From the IMG/VR virus record IMGVR_UViG_2703718773_000014: DNA of 9,104 nucleotides. One strand, written 5' to 3'. Positions 1 through 8,169 of this stretch are shown here, in pieces; the stretch's first letter is position 1, and every line of letters begins with the position of its first letter. Position numbers and translations under genes: made by a program. Source of the stretch: a virus (Duplodnaviria; Heunggongvirae; Uroviricota; Caudoviricetes). Below the pieces are notes generated by a model, which worked only from the letters and a program-made list of their open reading frames with translations, did no database searches and had not been told where the DNA came from.

Positions 1-24
1 CTCCAGGATTCCCGGGGCGGTTCA
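1..24 (-). mobile_element. Terminal 24 bp (left inverted repeat) of an IS3-family, IS629-like insertion sequence whose body lies left of the window
   Basis: Bases 1-24 are the reverse complement of TGAACCGCCCCGGGAATCCTGGAG, which I recognise as the IS629 IRL. The same 14-bp terminus TGAACCGCCCCGGG occurs in inverted form at 8945-8958. The name IS629 is from memory, not a search. Confidence 0.75.
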
Positions 25-41
25 GTGTGGTTTATTTTGAT

Positions 42-73
42 GCCCTTTTTCAGGGCTGGGATGTGTAAGAGCG
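42..73 (-). promoter_or_regulatory. nutR N-utilisation site (boxB 42-56, boxA 65-73, read on the minus strand)
   Basis: The minus strand reads CGCTCTTAC (boxA) ...GCCCTGAAAAAGGGC (boxB hairpin), matching lambda nutR as I remember it. It lies immediately downstream of cro, as expected. Confidence 0.8.
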
Positions 74-81
74 GGAATGTC

Positions 82-1434
<1,353 letters not shown>

Positions 1435-1484
1435 TCCCCACCTCAATCTCGATAACAAAAAAACAAACTATTTTCCGTTTAAAA

Positions 1485-1565
1485 ACAATGGAGTTTGTTT
1501 TTCACGCCCCTTTTTTACAATATTTCTTGTTTACAACATACAATCTTCCTTGTAATTTTAAGCCA
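1485..1565 (+). promoter_or_regulatory. OL operators (OL3 1485-1498, OL2 1517-1530, OL1 1540-1553) with pL promoter (-35 1530-1535, -10 1553-1558, start ~1565)
   Basis: Three ACAA-N6-TTGT sites: ACAATGGAGTTTGT, ACAATATTTCTTGT, ACAATCTTCCTTGT. -35 TTTACA and -10 TAATTT are 17 bp apart, followed by ATCAGCAGGACGCACTGACC, which matches the lambda pL transcript 5' end as I remember it. Confidence 0.75.
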
Positions 1566-1598
1566 TCAGCAGGACGCACTGACCACCATTGAAGGTGA

Positions 1599-1629
1599 GG
1601 CTCTTAAAAATTAAGCCCTGAAGAAGGGC
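1599..1629 (+). promoter_or_regulatory. nutL (boxA ~1599-1608, boxB hairpin 1615-1629)
   Basis: GCTCTTAAAAATTAA followed by GCCCTGAAGAAGGGC, the lambda nutL boxB inverted repeat as I remember it. It sits between pL and N. Confidence 0.85.
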
Positions 1630-1786
1630 AGCATTCAAAGCAGAAGGCTTTGGTGTGTGTGATACGAAACGAAGCATTGGCCGGAAGTGCGAATCCGGAT
1701 TAGCTGCCAATGTGCCATTGCGGGGTGTTTTCGTTCAGGACTACGACTCCCACACACAACCAAAGCTAACTGACAGGAGAATCCAG

Positions 1787-2110
1787 ATGGATGCACAAAC
1801 ACGCCGCCGCGAACGTCGCGCAGAGAAACAGGCTCAATGGAAAGCAGCAAATCCCCTGTTGGTTGGGGTAAGCGCTAAACCAGTTAACCGCCCTATTCTC
1901 TCGCTGAATCGCAAACCGAAATCACGAGTAGAAAGCGCACTGAATCCGATAGACCTTACGGTGCTGGCTGAATACCACGAACAGATTGAAAGCAACCTGC
2001 AACGTATTGAGCGCAAGAATCATCGAGTTTGGTATAGCAAGCCAGGTGAGTTCGGTATAACTTGTCAAGGAAGACAAAAGGTTAAAGGGGAATCCATTCC
2101 ATTGGCATGA
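1787..2110 (+). CDS. N: Antitermination protein N (107 aa)
   Basis: MDAQTRRRERRAEKQAQWKAANPLL... carries the arginine-rich motif and matches lambda N. AGGAGA RBS lies upstream. The track ORF start at 1655 is an upstream extension through nutL and is rejected. Confidence 0.92.
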   Translation: MDAQTRRRERRAEKQAQWKAANPLLVGVSAKPVNRPILSLNRKPKSRVESALNPIDLTVLAEYHEQIESNLQRIERKNHRVWYSKPGEFGITCQGRQKVKGESIPLA

Positions 2111-2118
2111 GGTACGTA

Positions 2119-2988
2119 ATGAAGAAGATTGATTACAAGTCCATACCAAAACCAATAGACTCAGCATCAGAGCGAAAAAAACACAAAAAAGAGGCTGAAA
2201 AATTAGCAAATTATATCAGTTTTATTAGAAACAATGCTCACGGCGATGGCGACAAGAAGTTGCTTTCAGATGCTCGGACCCAAGCGTTCGGTATACTTCG
2301 TAAGCAGATGCAATATCGTCTTCATCCTGGCTACATAATTGAAATTCGCCCTACTGAAAGACAATTGTTCTTATTAAACTCTGTCTTTGACTTTGTAAAC
2401 GTAGTTGGAGATCTTATCGACAGGTCTGTAGATAAGGATCCTGATACAAATAGTTTTCTTCTAACAAATAAAGAATACTTATATGGTAAATTCGGTATAA
2501 ACGGATGGCAAAAATATGTACGCTTCTTACGTGCATTCGTTGATGCGTATAAAAATTCCGACATGATTTATACATATTTGCCTGGTGGTGATAATTGTAC
2601 GCTTTCGGCAGACAATAGAATATTCATACCTGTACTTGGTCTTGGGCTGATTAATGCAGTAAATGAAAAAGATGTTATAATTGTTAAGCAGTGGCGAAAA
2701 TATGAGGGATATAGATATCTGCCATGCTTTGATATATTAAAAATACAGAATAAATTCTATGTAAAAATTAAATATAAAGAAGATATTTTCTTCCTCAGAA
2801 AAAACATAGATCTTTTACAAGAACTTTCTGGTACAATAGATGTCATCTTAGGTTCTAGGTTTATAAAAGAACTGAAAGAAAGCAGGTCTTTCTCTCGTGT
2901 AGAGATAAGCGAGTCAGAGTTATGGGGTATATCAAATAATCCTGTAAACCACGCTCACCAACGAAACCCAAACAAAAAGTGGTCATAA
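2119..2988 (+). CDS. Hypothetical protein (~289 aa; alternative start 2107 gives 293 aa), AT-rich, unknown function
   Basis: Long uninterrupted ORF. The ATG at 2107 overlaps the N stop (ATGA); the ATG at 2119 is preceded by GAGGT with a 5-nt spacer. Composition is visibly more AT-rich than the flanking genes. No motif I can recognise (no Walker A, no TM segments). Confidence 0.6.
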   Translation: MKKIDYKSIPKPIDSASERKKHKKEAEKLANYISFIRNNAHGDGDKKLLSDARTQAFGILRKQMQYRLHPGYIIEIRPTERQLFLLNSVFDFVNVVGDLIDRSVDKDPDTNSFLLTNKEYLYGKFGINGWQKYVRFLRAFVDAYKNSDMIYTYLPGGDNCTLSADNRIFIPVLGLGLINAVNEKDVIIVKQWRKYEGYRYLPCFDILKIQNKFYVKIKYKEDIFFLRKNIDLLQELSGTIDVILGSRFIKELKESRSFSRVEISESELWGISNNPVNHAHQRNPNKKWS

Positions 2989-3130
2989 CCCGCTCAGGCG
3001 GATTTCATTTTCACGCAAACAACAGAATAAACACAGCGCTGTGTATTCATTCCAACGAGTGAATACACGGAGCAATGTCGCTCGTAACTAAACAGGAGCC
3101 GACTTGTTCTGATTATTGGAAATCTTCTTT

Positions 3131-3158
3131 GCCCTCCAAGATGAGGGCGATTTTTTAT
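3131..3158 (+). terminator. Rho-independent terminator-like hairpin (GCCCTC-N6-GAGGGC followed by a T-run)
   Basis: Perfect 6-bp GC-rich stem 3131-3136/3143-3148, then GATTTTTTAT, just upstream of ea10. Confidence 0.6.
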
Positions 3159-3176
3159 CTGTGAGGATATGAACAG

Positions 3177-3545
3177 ATGTCAAACATCAAAAAATACATC
3201 ATTGATTACGACTGGAAAGCATCAATAGAAATTGAAATCGACCATGACGTAATGACAGAGGAAAAACTTCACCAGATTAATAATTTCTGGTCAGACTCTG
3301 AATACCGACTCAATAAACACGGCTCTGTATTAAATGCTGTATTAATCATGCTGGCGCAACATGCTCTGCTTATAGCAATTTCAAGCGACTTAAATGCATA
3401 TGGTGTTGTGTGTGAGTTCGACTGGAATGATGGAAATGGTCAGGAAGGATGGCCTCCAATGGATGGTAGTGAAGGAATAAGAATTACCGATATCGATACA
3501 TCAGGAATATTTGATTCAGATGATATGACTATCAAGGCCGCCTGA
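3177..3545 (+). CDS. ea10: Ea10-like early protein (122 aa)
   Basis: 122-aa ORF with the same length and position (between N and cIII) as lambda ea10. The sequence MSNIKKYIIDYDWK... is consistent with my memory of Ea10. GAGGA lies upstream. Confidence 0.75.
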   Translation: MSNIKKYIIDYDWKASIEIEIDHDVMTEEKLHQINNFWSDSEYRLNKHGSVLNAVLIMLAQHALLIAISSDLNAYGVVCEFDWNDGNGQEGWPPMDGSEGIRITDIDTSGIFDSDDMTIKAA

Positions 3546-3617
3546 GCGCGGCGTTACCGCATACCAATTACGCTTCACTCGAGGCGTTTTTCGTTATGTA
3601 TAAATAAGGAGCACACC

Positions 3618-3782
3618 ATGCAATATGCCATTGCAGGGTGGCCTGTTGCTGGCTGCCCTTCCGAATCTTTACTTGAACGAATCACCCGTAAATTACGTGA
3701 CGGATGGAAACGCCTTATCGACATACTTAATCAGCCAGGAGTCCCAAAAAATGGATCAAACAATTATGGCTATCCAGACTAA
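3618..3782 (+). CDS. cIII: CIII (54 aa, inhibitor of FtsH-mediated CII degradation)
   Basis: ATG at 3618 after AAGGAG. Translation MQYAIAGWPVAGCPSESLLERITRKLRDGWKRLIDILNQPG... matches lambda CIII. It is below the ORF-track length cutoff. Confidence 0.9.
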   Translation: MQYAIAGWPVAGCPSESLLERITRKLRDGWKRLIDILNQPGVPKNGSNNYGYPD

Positions 3783-3894
3783 ATTCACTATCGCCACTTT
3801 TATTGGCGATGAAAAGATGTTTCGTGAGGCCGTCGACGCTTATAAAAAATGGATATTAATACTGAAACTGAGATCAAGCAAAAGCATTCACTAA
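3751..3894 (+). CDS. kil: Kil (47 aa, host cell-division inhibitor)
   Basis: [47 protein letters not shown] matches lambda Kil. It overlaps the 3' end of cIII in another frame, as in lambda. The longer track ORF from 3625 is rejected. Confidence 0.88.
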   Translation: MDQTIMAIQTKFTIATFIGDEKMFREAVDAYKKWILILKLRSSKSIH

Positions 3895-4265
3895 CCCCCT
3901 TTCCTGTTTTCCTAATCAGCCCGGCATTTCGCGGGCGATATTTTCACAGCTATTTCAGGAGTTCGGCCATGAACGCTTATTACATTCAGGATCGTCTTGA
4001 GGCTCAGAGCTGGGCGCGTCACTACCAGCAGATAGCCCGTGAAGAGAAAGAGGCAGAACTGGCAGACGACATGGAAAAAGGCCTGCCCCAGCACCTGTTT
4101 GAATCGCTATGCATCGGTCATTTGCAACGCCACGGGGCCAGCAAAAAAGCCATTACCCGTGCGTTTGATGACGATGTTGAGTTTCAGGAGCGCATGGCAG
4201 AACACATCCGGTACATGGTTGAAACCATTGCTCACCATCAGGTTGATATTGATTCAGAGGTATAA
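3849..4265 (+). CDS. gam: Gam (RecBCD inhibitor); 138-aa long form, shorter form would start at the internal Met at 3969
   Basis: [79 protein letters not shown]... matches lambda Gam. Confidence 0.9.
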   Translation: MDINTETEIKQKHSLTPFPVFLISPAFRGRYFHSYFRSSAMNAYYIQDRLEAQSWARHYQQIAREEKEAELADDMEKGLPQHLFESLCIGHLQRHGASKKAITRAFDDDVEFQERMAEHIRYMVETIAHHQVDIDSEV

Positions 4266-4270
4266 AACGG

Positions 4271-5056
4271 ATGAGTACAGCACTCGCAACGCTGGCAGGG
4301 AAGCTGGCTGAACGTGTCGGCATGGATTCTGTCGACCCACAGGAACTGATCACCACTCTTCGCCAGACGGCATTTAAAGGCGATGCCAGCGATGCGCAGT
4401 TCATCGCATTGTTGATCGTCGCCAACCAGTACGGCCTTAATCCGTGGACGAAAGAAATTTACGCCTTCCCTGATAAGCAGAACGGCATCGTTCCGGTGGT
4501 GGGCGTTGATGGCTGGTCCCGCATCATCAATGAAAACCAGCAGTTTGATGGCATGGACTTTGAGCAGGACAATGAATCCTGTACATGCCGGATTTACCGC
4601 AAGGACCGTAATCATCCGATCTGCGTTACCGAATGGATGGATGAATGCCGCCGCGAACCATTCAAAACCCGCGAAGGCAGAGAAATCACGGGGCCGTGGC
4701 AGTCGCATCCTAAACGGATGTTACGGCATAAAGCTATGATTCAGTGTGCCCGTCTGGCCTTCGGATTTGCTGGTATCTATGACAAGGATGAAGCCGAGCG
4801 CATTGTCGAAAATACTGCATACACTGCAGAACGCCAGCCGGAACGCGACATCACTCCGGTTAACGATGAAACCATGCAGGAGATTAACACTCTGCTAATC
4901 GCCCTGGATAAAACATGGGATGACGACTTATTGCCGCTCTGTTCCCAGATATTTCGCCGCGACATTCGCGCATCGTCAGAACTGACACAGGCCGAAGCAG
5001 TGAAAGCTCTTGGATTCCTGAAACAGAAAGCCACTGAGCAGAAGGTGGCAGCATGA
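4271..5056 (+). CDS. bet: Bet (Red-beta single-strand annealing protein, 261 aa)
   Basis: [68 protein letters not shown]... matches lambda Bet in sequence and length. Confidence 0.93.
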   Translation: MSTALATLAGKLAERVGMDSVDPQELITTLRQTAFKGDASDAQFIALLIVANQYGLNPWTKEIYAFPDKQNGIVPVVGVDGWSRIINENQQFDGMDFEQDNESCTCRIYRKDRNHPICVTEWMDECRREPFKTREGREITGPWQSHPKRMLRHKAMIQCARLAFGFAGIYDKDEAERIVENTAYTAERQPERDITPVNDETMQEINTLLIALDKTWDDDLLPLCSQIFRRDIRASSELTQAEAVKALGFLKQKATEQKVAA

Positions 5057-5733
5057 CACCGGACATTATCCTGCAGCGTACCGGGATCGACGTGAGAGCT
5101 GTCGAACAGGGGGATGATGCGTGGCACAAATTACGGCTCGGCGTCATCACAGCTTCAGAAGTTCATAACGTAATAGCAAAACCCCGCTCCGGAAAAAAGT
5201 GGCCTGACATGAAAATGTCCTACTTCCACACCCTGCTTGCTGAGGTTTGCACCGGTGTGGCTCCGGAAGTTAACGCTAAAGCGCTGGCCTGGGGAAAACA
5301 GTACGAGAACGACGCCAGAGCCCTGTTTGAGTTCACTTCCGGCGTGAATGTTACTGAATCACCGATCATCTATCGCGACGAAAGTATGCGTACCGCCTGC
5401 TCTCCAGATGGTTTATGCAGTGACGGCAACGGCCTTGAACTGAAATGCCCGTTTACCTCCCGGGATTTCATGAAGTTCCGGCTCGGTGGTTTCGAGGCCA
5501 TAAAGTCAGCTTACATGGCCCAGGTGCAGTACAGCATGTGGGTGACGCGAAAAGATGCCTGGTACTTTGCCAACTATGACCCGCGTATGAAGCGTGAAGG
5601 ACTGCATTATGTCGTGGTTGAGCGGGATGAAAAGTACATGGCGGGTTTTGACGAGATGGTGCCGGAGTTCATCGAAAAAATGGACGAGGCACTGGCTGAA
5701 ATTGGTTTTGTATTTGGGGAGCAATGGCGATGA
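5053..5733 (+). CDS. exo: Lambda exonuclease (Red-alpha, 226 aa)
   Basis: [73 protein letters not shown]... matches lambda Exo. Its start overlaps the bet stop (ATGA). Confidence 0.93.
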   Translation: MTPDIILQRTGIDVRAVEQGDDAWHKLRLGVITASEVHNVIAKPRSGKKWPDMKMSYFHTLLAEVCTGVAPEVNAKALAWGKQYENDARALFEFTSGVNVTESPIIYRDESMRTACSPDGLCSDGNGLELKCPFTSRDFMKFRLGGFEAIKSAYMAQVQYSMWVTRKDAWYFANYDPRMKREGLHYVVVERDEKYMAGFDEMVPEFIEKMDEALAEIGFVFGEQWR

Positions 5734-5912
5734 AGCATCCTCACGATAATATCCGGGTAGGTGCGATCACTTTCGTCTACTCCGTTACAAAGCGAGGCTG
5801 GGTATTTCCCGACCTTTCTGTTATCCAAAATCCACTGAAAGCCCAGCGGCTGGCTGAGGAGATAAATAATAAACGAGGGGCTGTATGCACAAAGCATCTC
5901 CTGTTGAGTTAA
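5730..5912 (+). CDS. orf60a: Orf60a-like small protein (60 aa)
   Basis: [27 protein letters not shown]... immediately downstream of and overlapping the exo stop, as in lambda. The track start at 5724 would add two residues. Confidence 0.75.
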   Translation: MKHPHDNIRVGAITFVYSVTKRGWVFPDLSVIQNPLKAQRLAEEINNKRGAVCTKHLLLS

Positions 5913-6076
5913 GAACGAGCATTGAGATGGCACATAGCCTTGCTCAAATTGGAGTCAGGTTTGTGCCAATACCAGTAGAAACAGACGAAGAATTTCATAC
6001 GTTAGCCACATCCCTTTCACAAAAGCTGGAAATGATGGTGGCGAAAGCAGAAGCAGATGAGAGAGACCAGGTATGA
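5885..6076 (+). CDS. orf63: Orf63-like small protein (63 aa)
   Basis: 63-aa ORF overlapping the orf60a 3' end, with the same size and position as lambda orf63. Confidence 0.7.
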   Translation: MHKASPVELRTSIEMAHSLAQIGVRFVPIPVETDEEFHTLATSLSQKLEMMVAKAEADERDQV

Positions 6077-6086
6077 CAACCACTGA

Positions 6087-6368
6087 ATGCATTTTTCTGG
6101 CAGCGGGCTTCATATTCTGTGTGCTTATGCTTGCCGACATGGGGCTTGTTCAGTGACACCTCAGCAAGAAAACGCCCTTCGCAGCATTGCCCGTCAGGCT
6201 AATTCTGAAATCAAAAAAGCCAGACAGCAGTTTCCGGATAAAAACGTCGATGACATTTGCCGTAGCGTACTGAAGAAGCACCGCGAAACGGTAACGCTGA
6301 TGGGATTCACACCGACTCATTTAAGCCTGGCGATCGGCATGTTAAACGGCGTCTTTAAGGAACGGTGA
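6087..6368 (+). CDS. Hypothetical small protein in the lambda orf61 region; start uncertain (ATG 6087, or in-frame GTG 6153 giving 71 aa)
   Basis: ORF on the operon strand. The N-terminal 22 residues are hydrophobic and Cys-rich and may not be translated. I cannot confirm orf61 identity from memory. Confidence 0.45.
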   Translation: MHFSGSGLHILCAYACRHGACSVTPQQENALRSIARQANSEIKKARQQFPDKNVDDICRSVLKKHRETVTLMGFTPTHLSLAIGMLNGVFKER

Positions 6369-6466
6369 GCATGAAAAGCAAAATCATCAGGGAGCTACAG
6401 GCTCCTTTTTTATTGTTCGCATTCACCCTCAAGCGTATTAACCAACAATTCAGGGATTAATGGAAG

Positions 6467-6688
6467 ATGGCAGACATCATTGATTCAGCATCAGAAATTG
6501 AAGAATTACAGCGCAACACAGCAATAAAAATGCGCCGCCTGAACCACCAGGCTATATCTGCCACTCATTGTTGTGAGTGTGGCGATCCCATAGATGAGCG
6601 AAGACGCCTGGCCGTTCAGGGTTGTCGGACTTGTGCAAGTTGCCAGGAGGATCTGGAACTTATCAGTAAACAGAGAGGTTCGAAGTGA
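6467..6688 (+). CDS. orf73: TraR/DksA-family C4 zinc-finger protein (lambda orf73-like, 73 aa)
   Basis: CxxC-N17-CxxC motif (CCECGDPIDERRRLAVQGCRTCASCQ), characteristic of the DksA/TraR zinc finger. The 73-aa size matches lambda orf73. Confidence 0.8.
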   Translation: MADIIDSASEIEELQRNTAIKMRRLNHQAISATHCCECGDPIDERRRLAVQGCRTCASCQEDLELISKQRGSK

Positions 6689-6840
6689 GCGAAATTAACT
6701 AGAAGCCAAAGATAAAATCATCGCTGAGCAGGAGAAAATCGCTAACGGAGAAAAGACAGTAAGTCAGTATATGAAAACCGCATGATATCATCAGATAAAA
6801 ATCGATCGTAAAGCGAAATATTAATACCAGAATAAACGAG

Positions 6841-6864
6841 TCGAGGTAAATTATATTACCTCGA
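6841..6864. terminator. Hairpin (9-bp stem TCGAGGTAA / TTACCTCGA, 6-nt loop) between convergent genes; possible bidirectional terminator
   Basis: Perfect inverted repeat in the AT-rich spacer between the 3' ends of orf73 (+) and the 6899-7501 gene (-). The flanking A/T runs are only moderately U-rich on either strand. Confidence 0.4.
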
Positions 6865-6898
6865 TAAATTAACTAAAACTTGCCCGCTATATACTATC

Positions 6899-7501
6899 TC
6901 ATTCAGTATCATCACGCGCGGTCTGTGCATATGTTACTACCGCACCTAATGTATTAATTTTCTTTTCAACATAGATAATATTATCGTACTCATAATTGCC
7001 ATACGGATAGCAAATGCGAATATTCTCATGTAGATCGGGGTCATCCACCTCAGCTCCAGAACAACTTTTTGAACTACCGGAAGTATACCGATACGGTGCA
7101 ACATAAGACGATGTCTCTCCAGGCAAAAAATAAGTTAGTGTTGTAAGGGGTATAATCAGAAAAAATCCAGCAAATATGCACATCCCTGCATAAACCTTAA
7201 GGTATGCTGACAGACTCTTCCAGCCGCTTTGTTTTACTATCCCCTTCTTAACCCAAAACAGAGATAACAGAAAAGCTATTCCCATGCTAAACAGAATGTA
7301 ATAGTGGGATATACTCTGATTAAGAAACGTGACCCTGTAAATATCTGCCCGCCACCAGAAGAAAAGGAAAATAAAGATCAGGCCTGAAACTGTCATGCAA
7401 ATCAAATAAGGATACGAATCTTTTTTCATGTTTAGCGTCCATAAAATTTTTCCTGCCCCGGACAAATTTACCATCCATTTTTTGCGCAGAAAATAGCTCA
7501 T
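6899..7501 (-). CDS. Hypothetical integral membrane protein (up to 200 aa; alternative starts at 7474 and 7429), AT-rich, reverse-oriented
   Basis: Three hydrophobic segments (LICMTVSGLIFIFLFFWW; YYILFSMGIAFLLSLFWV; VYAGMCIFAGFFLIIPLTTLTYFL) followed by a ~75-aa Cys-containing hydrophilic C-terminal domain. It is on the strand opposite the pL operon and visibly AT-rich. No candidate start has a strong RBS. Confidence 0.6.
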   Translation of the reverse strand: MSYFLRKKWMVNLSGAGKILWTLNMKKDSYPYLICMTVSGLIFIFLFFWWRADIYRVTFLNQSISHYYILFSMGIAFLLSLFWVKKGIVKQSGWKSLSAYLKVYAGMCIFAGFFLIIPLTTLTYFLPGETSSYVAPYRYTSGSSKSCSGAEVDDPDLHENIRICYPYGNYEYDNIIYVEKKINTLGAVVTYAQTARDDTE

Positions 7502-7743
7502 TACTTACTGCACAATAATACACAAAATTGCGTAAATTTTTTGCATGGATTTTAGCTCTTTCAGCCGACGTTTAAGGGGTAAATAGCATTTCCTAAAAGC
7601 AACTGCACCAACCCAACAGAATGAGCTACCGCTTACGTTGAGAGCAAAAAAGTGTATAGCAGCAATGAACAGCATCCTCGCACTGACGAGGATTTCTTTT
7701 ATCTGAACTCGCTACGGCGGGTTTTGTTTTATGGAGATGATAA

Positions 7744-7911
7744 ATGCACTTCCGAGTCACAGGTGAATGGAATGGAGAACCATTCAACAGAGTTATCGAA
7801 GCAGAGAACATCAATGACTGCTATGACCACTGGATGATATGGGCGCAGATAGCACATGCAGACATAACCAATATTCGAATTGAAGAACTGAAAGAACACC
7901 AAGCCGCCTGA
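7744..7911 (+). CDS. orf55: Orf55-like small protein (55 aa) upstream of xis
   Basis: ATG at 7744 preceded by GGAG. Translation MHFRVTGEWNGEPFNRVIEAENINDCYDHWMIWAQIAHADITNIRIEELKEHQAA. It is below the ORF-track cutoff; size and position match lambda orf55. Confidence 0.6.
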   Translation: MHFRVTGEWNGEPFNRVIEAENINDCYDHWMIWAQIAHADITNIRIEELKEHQAA

Positions 7912-7926
7912 TGGCGGCTTTTTCTT
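7903..7926 (+). terminator. Rho-independent terminator-like hairpin (GCCGCC-TGAT-GGCGGC followed by TTTTTCTT)
   Basis: Perfect 6-bp GC stem with a 4-nt loop and an immediate T-run, overlapping the orf55 stop codon. Confidence 0.65.
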
Positions 7927-7950
7927 GCGTGTAATTGCGGAGACTTTGCG

Positions 7951-8169
7951 ATGTACTTGACACTTCAGGAGTGGAACGCACGCCAGCGACGCCCAAGAAG
8001 CCTTGAAACAGTTCGTCGATGGGTGCGCGAATGCAGGATATTCCCTCCTCCGGTTAAGGATGGAAGAGAGTATCTGTTCCACGAATCAGCGGTAAAGGTT
8101 GACTTAAATCGACCAGTAACAGGTAGCCTTTTGAAGAGGATCAGAAATGGGAAGAAGGCGAAGTCATGA
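7951..8169 (+). CDS. xis: Excisionase Xis (72 aa)
   Basis: MYLTLQEWNARQRRPRSLETVRRWVRECRIFPPPVKDGREYLFHESAVKVDLNRPV... matches lambda Xis. Its 3' end overlaps the int start. Confidence 0.93.
   Translation: MYLTLQEWNARQRRPRSLETVRRWVRECRIFPPPVKDGREYLFHESAVKVDLNRPVTGSLLKRIRNGKKAKS

Noticed and set aside
1655-2110. 151-aa ORF extending N upstream
   Set aside because: The extension covers the leader after nutL. The Met at 1787 has an AGGAGA RBS and gives the 107-aa N protein.
1635-2564. Minus-strand and alternate-frame ORFs inside N and the 2119-2988 gene (1635-1850, 1834-2016, 1922-2209, 2331-2564)
   Set aside because: Antisense to well-supported genes, with no RBS or independent support.
3625-3894. 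89-aa ORF extending kil upstream through cIII
   Set aside because: It overlaps most of cIII in another frame. Kil is the 47-aa product from 3751.
3912-4311. ORFs 3912-4094 (-) and 4039-4311 (+) within gam
   Set aside because: Antisense or alternate frame of gam.
4153-5150. Several antisense or alternate-frame ORFs (4153-4425, 4238-4708, 4506-4739, 4777-5127, 4884-5150)
   Set aside because: They lie entirely inside the bet and exo coding regions. Long spurious ORFs are expected in GC-richer coding sequence.
5506-6140. Minus-strand ORFs 5506-5724, 5607-5933, 5955-6140
   Set aside because: Antisense to exo, orf60a and orf63; judged to be frame artefacts.
7320-8082. Short ORFs 7320-7523 (-), 7626-7814 (-), 7652-7837 (+), 7729-8082 (-), 7811-7996 (-)
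   Set aside because: They overlap the membrane gene, orf55 or xis, or sit in the promoter region, and have no RBS or recognisable product. The + one overlaps orf55 in another frame.
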